From a virus: 64,000 nucleotides of DNA. The translations under genes were made by a program, and so were the position numbers. Under the pieces are notes generated by a model that saw nothing but the letters and a program-made list of their open reading frames with translations, was not told the DNA's origin and searched no databases. Position 1 is the stretch's first letter. The number at the start of each line of letters is the position of its first letter. Shown here piece after piece: positions 1 to 8,957 of this stretch. The DNA lies in IMG/VR virus record IMGVR_UViG_3300036790_000219, positions 32,001 through 96,000 of that record. The stretch is one strand, 5' to 3'.

Positions 1-226
1 AGAACGTAACTGGGTACGCCTGGGTAAAAGGAACTCAAGATAGTCATCTGCAATTTCTTTGTGATCAATTCTATAGTTATAGTATAGGTGACTTTTTGAT
101 TTTTGCTGGTTTGGCTTCGATATTTGTTTACCGTGTGTTCCTCAAGCGGTGTTAAACAACCCCCTATACTTTTGAAAACAAACGCGCTATAACGTCAGTT
201 GCTCTTTCCACGGAGGGCATTCGGTT

Positions 227-754
227 GTGGTTGATTCCCAAGGCACAGTTAACGATCATTGGTTCATAGTCCGAACGCAGTCTCACCGGGAACGTTGGGC
301 TGCGGAAAACGTTGCCCGTGCCGGTGCGCTCTATTACCTACCTGAGATACTTGAGACAGTTCGAATTGTTGTGCGTGGTGTACGCAAGCGTGAGTTCCGC
401 CGCCGCCCATTATTTCCCTGCTACCTCTTCGTCAAGACCGAAGGGCAATGGCACTTCCTGCTTACGGCATTTGGCGTAGCAGCAGTCATCACAGGAACAA
501 ACGGCTCGCCGGGGACCATCCCCGGTAGAATTATATCAGACCTCCGTGATCGAGAAGAGAACGGACTGGTTAGACTCCCTACCCGCTCCCGCTTCAAAGC
601 AGGAGATCCGGTGCGTATAACCAAAGGCTCCTTTTCTGGGTATGTTGGTATCTACCAGGGGGCATCAGCAACCGACCGTGTACGCGTGTTGCTAGACTTC
701 CTAAGTCGCAAGACATCGACAATCGTTGCTGAGAATACCTTAGAGGCGGCTTGA
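227..754 (+). CDS. NusG/RfaH-family transcription antiterminator
   Basis: NGN-like N-terminus (WFIVRTQSHRE...PLFPCYLFV) and C-terminal KOW motif (FKAGDPVRITKGSFSGYVG). Confidence 0.88.
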   Translation: MVDSQGTVNDHWFIVRTQSHRERWAAENVARAGALYYLPEILETVRIVVRGVRKREFRRRPLFPCYLFVKTEGQWHFLLTAFGVAAVITGTNGSPGTIPGRIISDLRDREENGLVRLPTRSRFKAGDPVRITKGSFSGYVGIYQGASATDRVRVLLDFLSRKTSTIVAENTLEAA

Positions 755-872
755 AGCGCCGCAACCCGCGCCAAGGCCAAAACCTCTAGTGTGAGTAACT
801 GTGATAACGGGAGCGGGTTCGCTCAACGGCAGAGCTTTCCCGCTATTTCTGGTAAGTAAATGAGGGTTTGGA

Positions 873-1097
873 ATGAACGGCAACGGTAATTTTCTACCTG
901 GGCGCGTCAAGTTCTATGATTCACGCAAGGGTTTTGGTTTTATTAAGCCGGACGATGGTTCTCGTGACGTATTCCTGTCGATCAAGGTGTTGCCGAAAGG
1001 CTGTTTGGTACTCACGCCGGATCAAGCAGTGAAGTATGTTCTTGGTGAGGGCAAGAATGGCAAAGGCCCAGCTGCCGAGGAGCTCGTATTGCTGTGA
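873..1097 (+). CDS. Cold-shock domain protein
   Basis: GRVKFYDSRKGFGFIKPDDGSRDVF contains the RNP1/RNP2-like CSD signature. Confidence 0.9.
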   Translation: MNGNGNFLPGRVKFYDSRKGFGFIKPDDGSRDVFLSIKVLPKGCLVLTPDQAVKYVLGEGKNGKGPAAEELVLL

Positions 1098-1417
1098 TCG
1101 ATGTTGGTGGTCAAGTGGTTTGTATTGACGATGATTGGAAGCCTGCCCCCGGACCGTTGGGAATAAGTGCCCCTGTGCGAGGTCAAGTTTATACTGTTCG
1201 TGAGATTGGAAAAGGTGTTACGACTGCTGACGGTTCCCACCACCCAGATTTTGTAGGTATTAAGCTGGAAGAGATTCACAACCCCCCAGATATTCCAACA
1301 CCGGGAAGGGGTGAAGTGGTTTTCAACATTATTGCCTTCCGTCCGGTTAAGAAGACCTCAATCGAGGAGTTTACCAAGATCCTTGATAATGCACCTAAGC
1401 GATTAGAGCCTGCCTAA
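1094..1417 (+). CDS. Hypothetical phage protein
   Basis: ORF coupled to the upstream stop by a GTGA overlap; no family recognised. Confidence 0.6.
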   Translation: MIDVGGQVVCIDDDWKPAPGPLGISAPVRGQVYTVREIGKGVTTADGSHHPDFVGIKLEEIHNPPDIPTPGRGEVVFNIIAFRPVKKTSIEEFTKILDNAPKRLEPA

Positions 1418-1507
1418 TGCCCGCACAGTTCGTCGTACTCTTTTGGGCATTATTGGCGGCGCTACCATTCCTTTGGTTTGGTATTGTGGTGGAAGAGGAA
1501 AAGTGAC

Positions 1508-1702
1508 ATGCAAACTTTTGTATGTCCTGATGAAATCCTCGATTTGCTAGACGAACCAGAGACCAGAGAAGTGGGTGAGGAAAGGTTGGGTGAGTGGATC
1601 TGTACCCTCCCTGGCCAACTCGGTGATAAGCTACTGTTGCCGTGTGATTGCTGTGGTGCGCTTCACGCTATGATGGAATATGAACCCATATGGCTGCATT
1701 GA
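1508..1702 (+). CDS. Hypothetical protein with CDCC motif
   Basis: ATG at 1508 within the tracked ORF; overlaps the next gene. Confidence 0.45.
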   Translation: MQTFVCPDEILDLLDEPETREVGEERLGEWICTLPGQLGDKLLLPCDCCGALHAMMEYEPIWLH

Positions 1703-1893
1703 GCACACTTCTGTTGTTGACGGCCATAGGGGTAGTGCCGGTCCCAGCTAAGATTGTACCACCGGTAGTAGTTCACAATTACTTTGTGCCGCTCGTCCCC
1801 CAAGCCAAATGTGTTTACAGCCACTTTGATAATGGTTACGGATATGAGTGGCGGAACTGTGTAGAGACTTATGGCAACACGCTATTTCCCTAA
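1690..1893 (+). CDS. Hypothetical protein with signal-peptide-like N-terminus
   Basis: Hydrophobic N-terminus MAALSTLLLLTAIG. Confidence 0.4.
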   Translation: MAALSTLLLLTAIGVVPVPAKIVPPVVVHNYFVPLVPQAKCVYSHFDNGYGYEWRNCVETYGNTLFP

Positions 1894-2014
1894 GCCCGTC
1901 TTTGTACTTCAGAGCAACGGGGTGATGCGGCATTTTACAGTAGGTGTTCATGAAGTGTCGGAGGACTTGGCAACTCATTGGTGGCTCCGCGCTAATTCAG
2001 TCCGCCCTATGTAG
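1871..2014 (+). CDS. 47-aa protein, paralog of the C-terminal domain of 32651..33118
   Basis: Hand translation MATRYFPKPVFVLQSNGVMRHFTVGVHEVSEDLATHWWLRANSVRPM; shares G(V/I)H.V...HWWLR.N.VR with 32651..33118; below the ORF-track size cutoff. Confidence 0.7.
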   Translation: MATRYFPKPVFVLQSNGVMRHFTVGVHEVSEDLATHWWLRANSVRPM

Positions 2015-2043
2015 GTCCTGGGCCAGTGTCAGTGTCCCCACTC

Positions 2044-2091
2044 CCAGGACGGCCTTGGAAAGGTGAGGCAACGTTACCAGGACGGCCTTGG
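2044..2091 (+). repeat. 15-bp direct repeat ccaggacggccttgg (2044-2058, 2077-2091)
   Basis: Exact duplicate seen; the first copy can also pair with gtcctggg at 2015-2022. Confidence 0.8.
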
Positions 2092-2139
2092 GGCTTAGCA
2101 GAAGAGATCCGACGAACATTACGTCAAAGGAGTATCCCG

Positions 2140-2433
2140 GTGCCTAGTAGTTTTGGTGGTCGTTCAATGGCAGGTGCATTACTTGACGATATTCGTGCTG
2201 ATCTACAAAAGGCATTGGTGAATGCACGGGACGACTCCAAGTTGATTATCTCTGGGGCGATCATAGACCTTGTGAAAGAATTCAAGACCGGTACCAAGTC
2301 GGTGGAAAGGGCTATCCAAGCCGAAGCTATGGCAGTCCGAGACGAGTTTGCCACTATTGTGGGTAATGCTCACGACGCCGCTGAGGATGCAGTGGGGCAG
2401 GCTAAGGACTTGGTTGAGAAGGCCAAGGAGTAG
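2140..2433 (+). CDS. Hypothetical helical protein
   Basis: GTG start after an aaggag RBS; Ala/Asp-rich amphipathic helices. Confidence 0.55.
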   Translation: MPSSFGGRSMAGALLDDIRADLQKALVNARDDSKLIISGAIIDLVKEFKTGTKSVERAIQAEAMAVRDEFATIVGNAHDAAEDAVGQAKDLVEKAKE

Positions 2434-2440
2434 ATTGCCG

Positions 2441-2605
2441 ATGACGATGGAACAGGCACAAGCCAAATGCCGTAAGTGGCGCGAGAAAGGTGATACACGA
2501 TCGCTTGCTGCTGCAAATAGACTTGAAGCAAAGTTCCGGCCACACCCAGAATATCAGAGTGATGTTATGTGGTTATTAGAAAGGCAGTCTGGGGTTGGTA
2601 TGTGA
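2441..2605 (+). CDS. Small hypothetical protein
   Basis: ATG at 2441 just after the upstream stop. Confidence 0.4.
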   Translation: MTMEQAQAKCRKWREKGDTRSLAAANRLEAKFRPHPEYQSDVMWLLERQSGVGM

Positions 2606-2632
2606 CCAGTAAAACTATCGTGTGAGATAATT

Positions 2633-3154
2633 ATGGCCGAGCGATACAAGTCACATCAGTTTACACCGGACAAACAGCCCAAGGTTAGAGGCCGGAAGAA
2701 GGGCAAGCCAAATCGGTTGACTGCTGTCATTAAGGACGCTGTGGAAGGTGCCCTGGACGACATTGGGGAAATGGCACCCATCTATGAGAAGGTCAGGACT
2801 GTGAAGGGTCGTGTACTCAAGGTTGATGGTAAGCCTGTGATGCGGCTGGTAGGGTGGAAGCCAACTGGGAAGGACGGTGCACGGGGGTTCTTCCGCTGGC
2901 TGGGAGTTCATGAGCCAACAACATTTGCGGGTGTGGCCGCTAAGATCATTCCGCAGCAGATCAATGCACAGGTCAAGCATGATCACGAACACACAATCAA
3001 TTCCCGGTTTGAGGGTGTTGATCTTAGCAAGTTGAATTCCGCTGATCTGCAGACCATGATGCGGGAAGCGTTGAATCTGACGAAGCCCTTGCCCCCCAAA
3101 CAATTAGAGTTACAAGCTGAGGAGATAGTGGACGAGCAGGAGGAGGCAGCGTAA
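2633..3154 (+). CDS. Probable terminase small subunit-like DNA-packaging protein
   Basis: N-terminal GRKKGKPNRLTAVIKDA motif typical of TerS-like proteins; upstream of TerL. Confidence 0.55.
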   Translation: MAERYKSHQFTPDKQPKVRGRKKGKPNRLTAVIKDAVEGALDDIGEMAPIYEKVRTVKGRVLKVDGKPVMRLVGWKPTGKDGARGFFRWLGVHEPTTFAGVAAKIIPQQINAQVKHDHEHTINSRFEGVDLSKLNSADLQTMMREALNLTKPLPPKQLELQAEEIVDEQEEAA

Positions 3155-3156
3155 AT

Positions 3157-3396
3157 ATGGATCCGGTGCTCACACTCTTTGTGCTCATAGGGGTTGTATC
3201 CCTTACAGCTGTGCCATGGATAATACTTTACGTTGTCTGTAGAATAGAGGACCGGCTAGATGGTCTTGAGGAAACCTTTGTTGAGGTATTAGGCAGCAGT
3301 GATGGTGAAGGGGGGCCGGACGATGATCCAGGACCAGGTGAGGAAGAACCTAAGTCCCACAGTAATGTGATAGCCTTCAGCAAGAAGGTAACATAA
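3157..3396 (+). CDS. Small membrane protein
   Basis: One N-terminal hydrophobic helix and an acidic tail. Confidence 0.55.
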   Translation: MDPVLTLFVLIGVVSLTAVPWIILYVVCRIEDRLDGLEETFVEVLGSSDGEGGPDDDPGPGEEEPKSHSNVIAFSKKVT

Positions 3397-3608
3397 AGTT
3401 ATGAAAGTATGAGGGGTGGTGGAGGATATAGGCAACTAGAAGGGTACCCCATGACTGTCGCCGAAGCCATTGCGATTATCAACGAAGAGTTGAAAGCACG
3501 AAAAGCATACCCGGACGAGTTTGATAATGATATTACTGAGGCGATTAGTATTATACTAACTATATGCCAACGATTACAAGACACGTTTGGGAAGGGGAAC
3601 GAAGAGTT

Positions 3609-3821
3609 ATGAACGCACTCCTCTTTGGTCTGCCGGTGAAGGACGGGCTGGTTTGTGCTAACCCGATCTGCACAGCCTACGCTGACTATATCATCCACAC
3701 AGGAGCGCCAGAGAAGCCGCTAGAGGTCCTGGCCTGTGCGGAGCACATGCATGGCCTAAGCGCGGGCAAGCGTATCCTGAAGCTGGAGAAGCTTAAGGAA
3801 CCAGGTTCGAGGAATAAGTGA
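3609..3821 (+). CDS. Cys/His-containing hypothetical protein
   Basis: ATG overlaps the upstream stop; CANPIC and CAEH motifs. Confidence 0.5.
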   Translation: MNALLFGLPVKDGLVCANPICTAYADYIIHTGAPEKPLEVLACAEHMHGLSAGKRILKLEKLKEPGSRNK

Positions 3822-4201
3822 CGCGCCCGGCGGTTCCGGGCATAGCAGGAGAAGAAGTATGTTTACATTGAAGCTCTATAGAAACGGCCCGCTGCCTCCG
3901 GCGGGCAAAACCGTGATTCTCGAAACGGTCGGTTTGTGGATCGGACATTGCGACGGGGGCGTAAAGCATATTCGAGCCTTCAAAAAGAAGGTCGGCGTAC
4001 AAGACGAGGACGGCACGCCGGAGTTTTACGTCGGCGGCCAGCCAAAGAGCGACGACGATCTTCCTAAAGGGGGCGACAATCTCCGCGACGGTATCTATGC
4101 TGGCGATGATGACTACTACTCCTGGGGCGTTCTCGAAAATGCCATGGGTAAGACGACAGAAATGTTCCGATAGCCACCCAGGTTCGAGGAATAAGTGACG
4201 C
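3801..4201 (+). repeat. 24-bp exact direct repeat ccaggttcgaggaataagtgacgc (3801-3824, 4178-4201) flanking one gene
   Basis: Exact duplicate read from the sequence. Confidence 0.9.
3859..4173 (+). CDS. Hypothetical protein in a repeat-flanked cassette
   Basis: Strong RBS (aggagaag) and ATG; lies between the 24-bp repeats. Confidence 0.7.
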   Translation: MFTLKLYRNGPLPPAGKTVILETVGLWIGHCDGGVKHIRAFKKKVGVQDEDGTPEFYVGGQPKSDDDLPKGGDNLRDGIYAGDDDYYSWGVLENAMGKTTEMFR

Positions 4202-4521
4202 CCTTACGAAGCGACCAAGACTACGTAGAATGGGAACCAACACCTGAAGATGAGCGAGTAAAGGCACACCGCCTATCCTCAACTGGGTGGGAAGAAGATG
4301 TGGAGGTTTCTAGTTTACGCAAGGGCGACGTCTTCAAGATGGTATTCGACGGTGAGGCTATACACCCCATTACTAGGGAAGCCGATGACCAGGTTGTTGC
4401 CCTTGCTGTAGCAGATGCTTTTCGTATGGACCCGTACGGAAGTACAGGACAAACTCGGGGGTACGGTGTTCTTATTGAAGTCTTCGATTATTTGGATCAA
4501 ATCAAAACATCATTGTCCTAA
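4195..4521 (+). CDS. Hypothetical protein
   Basis: GTG start inside the second 24-bp repeat. Confidence 0.55.
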   Translation: MTPLRSDQDYVEWEPTPEDERVKAHRLSSTGWEEDVEVSSLRKGDVFKMVFDGEAIHPITREADDQVVALAVADAFRMDPYGSTGQTRGYGVLIEVFDYLDQIKTSLS

Positions 4522-4549
4522 CTCCTCATGCCGCCAGGTTCTTAGGGAA

Positions 4550-4741
4550 ATGAAGCAACATCGTTGGTCTGGATGGCCTGGTGCATACTGTCTTGATTGT
4601 GGCTGTGAAAATCCTATCGAAATAGCATTGGCTGACGGAAATTATATTGAGGTTGAGGACTCAGCCGCTCCCCTGGGATTTCGTTACGAGTTTCCCAATG
4701 TGGTTGTGCCTCCATGCGTCAGTCTCAGACGATGGTGGTAA
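4550..4741 (+). CDS. Small CxxC protein
   Basis: HRWSGWPGAYCLDCG. Confidence 0.5.
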   Translation: MKQHRWSGWPGAYCLDCGCENPIEIALADGNYIEVEDSAAPLGFRYEFPNVVVPPCVSLRRWW

Positions 4742-5037
4742 TATCAAAAGCTCGTTTGGGTGAGCTACAAAAGATGCAAGTTCATCCTTCTGGTTTTCCT
4801 ATGAGTGAGGTTTCGTGTAGTTGTTGTTTCTACTTTGTGCGAGTGACTGGCCCAGAAGCAGGTCCGTTGGTTTATCAAGAGTGCTGGCGCTACCCGGCGC
4901 GCCAACGCAGACGTCCAACTGAGTGGTGTGGTGAGTTCTCAAGATGCGTCCCGCCTCCAAGTCACGAACACAGCGAACCAAGTGGTCCCCTGAGCGGTGG
5001 CAACAGCACTGGTTCTCCCACTGTGGACAAGCTTTAG
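4732..5037 (+). CDS. Cys-rich phage protein
   Basis: CSCC...C.RYP...EWCGEF pattern seen in small phage Cys-rich proteins. Confidence 0.5.
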   Translation: MVVISKARLGELQKMQVHPSGFPMSEVSCSCCFYFVRVTGPEAGPLVYQECWRYPARQRRRPTEWCGEFSRCVPPPSHEHSEPSGPLSGGNSTGSPTVDKL

Positions 5038-5259
5038 CCAAAGCGGTAGAGGCTAAGCGTAATAACGATCACAAGATGCATGGAGCCTGGCTTCGCAGAG
5101 CAGCTAGCTGTGCGCGAATGGCTGCGAGCTTAGAGAGGATAGTTTGATGCACCACGTAATCACCGTAGCAGACGTTCTGAAGGTTAGCGGAATTACTTTG
5201 ATCATCCTCTCGGTGATCGGTGGTTTCTGCTGGTTCGTCTCAAAGATAGACTTCTCCAA

Positions 5260-5496
5260 ATGACCCACATCATTGTTCACAACCATCTGCCGAAGCGGAG
5301 AACGGTTGACCAGCCAACACTGGGCAGGCTGTCTCCTGGCATGCCTCCTCAGAACAGGGATACTGAGGACGTACCTGGTTCTGGTCCATATACATTCGAA
5401 TCCAAGACCAAGCAAGAGGGTTGGGGCAAGTCTCACCATGCGTCACAAGAAGTAGTGAAAGACGCAAAGAAAAAGAAGAAGCGGCGAATCAAGTGA
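5260..5496 (+). CDS. Small protein with shared HNHLP...TxD leader
   Basis: MTHIIVHNHLPKRRTVD; stop overlaps the TerL start. Confidence 0.75.
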   Translation: MTHIIVHNHLPKRRTVDQPTLGRLSPGMPPQNRDTEDVPGSGPYTFESKTKQEGWGKSHHASQEVVKDAKKKKKRRIK

Positions 5497-7214
5497 CAGT
5501 CCTTGAACTGCCGTCAGTTCAGCTTCCTTCTCCACTCAATCAACCTAATGTCCCCGACGACCTTCTGGTTGAGATTGAGGCGTCACAACGTAGACGCCTA
5601 GAACACTTTCTGGCGGTAGAGCGTAACGGCCTTATTGAGCCAGAACTTGAGTCTTGTCGTAGAGACATTTTCTACTGGTTCACGAATTATGCGTGGACCT
5701 ATGATCCTAGGAATGCGGACGTAGAGGAGTCAGTCACCGGACAGAGACTACCAACGTGGTTACCGTTCGATTTGTGGCCTCGTCAGATAGAACTCATTCG
5801 CTGGTTTGACTTCCTGCTCAAGTCTAAGAGTGACGGTGCGCTGAAGAAGTCGCGCGATATTGGTTTCACGTGGCTAGCTGCTGCTTATGCTTGGCATAAG
5901 TTCCGTTTTGTTGAAGGCTTTGCTACTACATTTGGTTCGCGCGTTGCCATGCTGGTTGATCAGCTGGGTGACCCCACCACAATATTTGAGAAGATCCGTC
6001 TTATCTACAAGTCAGTTCCGAAGTGGATGTTGCCGCAGGGCTTCGACCCTCGTGAACATGACAAGTTCATGTTGATGATTAACCCCGCCAATGGTGCAAC
6101 AATCCGGGGTGAGGGTGGCGACGAGATGGGGCGTGGTGGTCGCTCGTCTCTGTACTTTATTGACGAAGCGGCCAAGTTAGAGCGTGCTGACCGAGTGGAT
6201 GCGGCCACGTCAGCTAATACTGACGTTCGTATCTGGGGTTCGTCGATCAATCCTCAGAACGAGAACAATCTCTTTCAACGCAAGTATACGTCCTTCCCAG
6301 CAGACCGTGTGTTTCGCTTTCACTACTCTGACGACCCTCGCAAGACCACAGAGTGGGCAGCGAAGAAGCGCGGTTCGCTGTCCCCGGAGATTTGGGCGGC
6401 TGAGTATGAGATTGATGATAGTTATTCGGTTGAGGATATCTGTATACCAGCCAGCTGGGTAGAATCTTCCCGCAAATTGAAAAAGCTATTAAAGGAAAAG
6501 CGGGGTACCACTCTTGAGCCTAAACGTGAGGGTATAGCGGGCGGTGACGTCGGTGGTGGTAAAGCGCAATCCGTCGTCATCGCCCGGTTTGGTGTCGTGG
6601 TTACAGAGCCTTCTGCCTGGCAAAATCCTGATACGATCGATACTGCCTTCAAGATGCTTGATTACTGCCAAGACCTCAAACTCCCGCCAAGAGCCGATCA
6701 GTACATCCCAAGAATTAAGTCGCTACGGTTTGATTCTATTGGCATTGGCCAGGGTGTGTCCGCTGCTCTAAAGCGCAACCCTCGGCCCGGTTTGATCGTT
6801 ACTGGTGTCAATGTTGGTGAGCCGGCAAGCGATGAGCGGTGGCCTGATGGCGAAGAAGCTACTGAGAAATTCGTCAATTGCAAGGCGGAAGCCTGGTGGA
6901 AGGCAAGAGAGTGCTTCAAGCGTACTCATGAAATGGTTTGCTTCCTGGAAGGTACTGGGGGCTTCGAACGGCCGATAGATGAGTTGATTTCTCTCCCAGA
7001 TGACTACCACAATCAACTTGTCACTATCCTTTGTCAGCAGCTTAGCCAGGTCAAGTGGCTACGGAATGAGAAAGGCAAGATCCTGATTGAGTCCAAGGCT
7101 TCGCTGTCTAAGCGGGGCGTTGGTTCACCGGACTTTGCCGATGCTTTGATTCTGACTTTCGCTGGCTACAATAAAGCAGAGAAGTGGGCCGCATTCGCCC
7201 GTGTGAGAGTATGA
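5493..7214 (+). CDS. terL: Terminase large subunit
   Basis: Walker A-like KSRDIGFTW, Walker B YFIDEAA, nuclease GGDVGGG and SPDFADAL; GTG at 5493 overlaps the upstream TGA. Confidence 0.92.
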   Translation: MTVLELPSVQLPSPLNQPNVPDDLLVEIEASQRRRLEHFLAVERNGLIEPELESCRRDIFYWFTNYAWTYDPRNADVEESVTGQRLPTWLPFDLWPRQIELIRWFDFLLKSKSDGALKKSRDIGFTWLAAAYAWHKFRFVEGFATTFGSRVAMLVDQLGDPTTIFEKIRLIYKSVPKWMLPQGFDPREHDKFMLMINPANGATIRGEGGDEMGRGGRSSLYFIDEAAKLERADRVDAATSANTDVRIWGSSINPQNENNLFQRKYTSFPADRVFRFHYSDDPRKTTEWAAKKRGSLSPEIWAAEYEIDDSYSVEDICIPASWVESSRKLKKLLKEKRGTTLEPKREGIAGGDVGGGKAQSVVIARFGVVVTEPSAWQNPDTIDTAFKMLDYCQDLKLPPRADQYIPRIKSLRFDSIGIGQGVSAALKRNPRPGLIVTGVNVGEPASDERWPDGEEATEKFVNCKAEAWWKARECFKRTHEMVCFLEGTGGFERPIDELISLPDDYHNQLVTILCQQLSQVKWLRNEKGKILIESKASLSKRGVGSPDFADALILTFAGYNKAEKWAAFARVRV

Positions 7215-7221
7215 TTAAGCT

Positions 7222-7530
7222 ATGCTTTATTTGATAGGGGAAAAGGTCCGATGCATGCTTGCGGACTACCACCCCGGCAAGTCAATTCTGATTCTGACCG
7301 CTACGGCGGATAGCCTCTCCTTGGCTGAGGACTTTGACACAGCCTTCAATGATGTTGGAATAAAGTCAACAATTGATCGGCCAATGGACACGGTGTCCGG
7401 TTTGCATGTGACGGATCCGGTGCTCGCCGAATTGATTACTGCGGCCACACACATCAGGTGTATTATTGATCCCGTAACTTCTGCACCGGATGGCGTGATC
7501 GTAATTAACTTCGGTCGGAAGGCACACTAG
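7222..7530 (+). CDS. Hypothetical protein
   Basis: ORF in operon context. Confidence 0.5.
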   Translation: MLYLIGEKVRCMLADYHPGKSILILTATADSLSLAEDFDTAFNDVGIKSTIDRPMDTVSGLHVTDPVLAELITAATHIRCIIDPVTSAPDGVIVINFGRKAH

Positions 7531-7787
7531 TGCTCACCTTTGATTCGCGTCACGCTCCACCGGATGAGCTCAAAGAGCTCCTGAAGAAGCCCTCTTCCCC
7601 AGACCGTGTTGAGTGTGGTGAATCTAATGACTATTGGATTTATGTTAAACGGTCCACGAAGCAAGTTGAGTTAGTCTCAAAACAGACCGGCCGGATTGTA
7701 GCAAACTGCACAGTTGAGCTTGCGCGGGATTTTGGCCTGAGAGAGCTCCAGATTTTGGCAGTCAAGAAAGCTCTCCTCCGTATGTAG
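7530..7787 (+). CDS. Hypothetical protein
   Basis: ORF coupled to its neighbours. Confidence 0.5.
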   Translation: MLTFDSRHAPPDELKELLKKPSSPDRVECGESNDYWIYVKRSTKQVELVSKQTGRIVANCTVELARDFGLRELQILAVKKALLRM

Positions 7788-8266
7788 TGGGCATGGGAAT
7801 CCCCAACGATGAATTTGGTAAGCGGTACTTCGAGGTTATTGAAGCCTTGCGCCAAACTTACGGCACACTAGAGCTTCTGCTTAGATCCGAATTTGGTCCT
7901 ACCATCACACCACCCCAGGTTATGGTGATTTACTATATTGGTGATCAGACGATTACGGTTTCTGAGCTCCGCCGTCGTGGCTATTACTTGGGCAGTAATG
8001 CTACTCACAATCTAGCGAAGCTGATATCTGACGGTTTTATTGAGAATACAAAAAGCAACACCGACCGGCGCGTCACCAACATTAAGTTGACTGTTAAAGG
8101 GAAGAAGCTTTGTATAGTGGTGGCTCAATTCTTTGCCAATACCAGTGCGAGACTTGAGGCAACGAACTCTGTTCATTTTAGTGCGTTTGTTACAGCACAG
8201 GAAGTTCTCTTGGCGATGAATCGCAACTGGGCGGAGAGCAGCCTCTATCATCGGCTAGGGAACTAA
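7787..8266 (+). CDS. MarR-family regulator, LdtR-like
   Basis: ELRRRGYYLGSNATHNLAKL...DRRVTNIKLTVKG resembles the rhizobial LdtR wHTH signature as I recall it. Confidence 0.75.
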   Translation: MGMGIPNDEFGKRYFEVIEALRQTYGTLELLLRSEFGPTITPPQVMVIYYIGDQTITVSELRRRGYYLGSNATHNLAKLISDGFIENTKSNTDRRVTNIKLTVKGKKLCIVVAQFFANTSARLEATNSVHFSAFVTAQEVLLAMNRNWAESSLYHRLGN

Positions 8267-8316
8267 TCCTTCAAAAACTCCTTTTCCTTCAAAAACTTGT
8301 CTGAAAGGGTAGCGTC

Positions 8317-8742
8317 ATGACGAGACGCCGTAAATCAACACGTGCCGGGGACATCAATCCCGACAGCCACGTGACTATGAGTTTACAGCAAGTGCTCGTG
8401 GTGGCTAGCATTCTGTTGGCATGTGGTTCTGGCTATGCTTATCTGGTCTGGAACCAGTCTGATGCTAAGACTGCAATTGCTGACGTTAACACCAAGCTTT
8501 CTACGGTGACAGTTAACAACGGCAAGGCTCTGGCGGATGAGGACAGTAAGCGCGAGCAAATGGGCAAGGACTTCCTAGCATCCACCGAGAAGATTGCTGA
8601 CAAGGTGTCGGATTTGAATACTGCCTTGGCCGTTCAACAGACTACATCTAAGCAGATGGCAGATACGTTACAGACGATCTCCAACCAACTCGGTGAGCTC
8701 GCTAAGGTTGCGGCTCCCACTCCAGTAGGAGCGCATAAATGA
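8317..8742 (+). CDS. Membrane-anchored coiled-coil protein
   Basis: TM helix followed by heptad-rich helices. Confidence 0.6.
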   Translation: MTRRRKSTRAGDINPDSHVTMSLQQVLVVASILLACGSGYAYLVWNQSDAKTAIADVNTKLSTVTVNNGKALADEDSKREQMGKDFLASTEKIADKVSDLNTALAVQQTTSKQMADTLQTISNQLGELAKVAAPTPVGAHK

Positions 8743-8957
8743 GCCGCGTAATTATTCACAACCATTTACCAAAGCGTAAGACACGGGATGCTGACTGGTG
8801 GGTGGAATATGATTATAAACACCCCAATGGTTATAAAGGTCATGACATACGAATAGTTAAAGCTGGGACGAGGGCTGAGGCCATGGAAAAGGTAACGCGT
8901 TCGTCTGGTTTGGGAACACAAATCAAAGTTACTAGTGTTGAGAAAGATAGAGACTAG
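8739..8957 (+). CDS. Small protein with shared HNHLP...TxD leader
   Basis: MSRVIIHNHLPKRKTRDA. Confidence 0.8.
   Translation: MSRVIIHNHLPKRKTRDADWWVEYDYKHPNGYKGHDIRIVKAGTRAEAMEKVTRSSGLGTQIKVTSVEKDRD

Noticed and set aside
66-76. caattctatag repeated at 63788-63798 as terminal repeat or att site
   Set aside because: An 11-mer repeat is expected by chance in 64 kb; no integrase in the window
3801-3812. tRNA suggested by GGTTCGA (also at 4181)
   Set aside because: No cloverleaf stems around either copy; it is part of the 24-bp repeat
5260-5310. HNH nuclease motif in the HNHLP leaders
   Set aside because: The letters are adjacent residues, not the spaced beta-beta-alpha metal site
5421-5492. 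Longer TerL start given by the ORF track
   Set aside because: Overlaps 5260..5496; GTG at 5493 gives a standard GTGA coupling
5875-5905. Array A match to terL (AAAYAW region)
   Set aside because: Only about four of 13 dinucleotides match, which is background level
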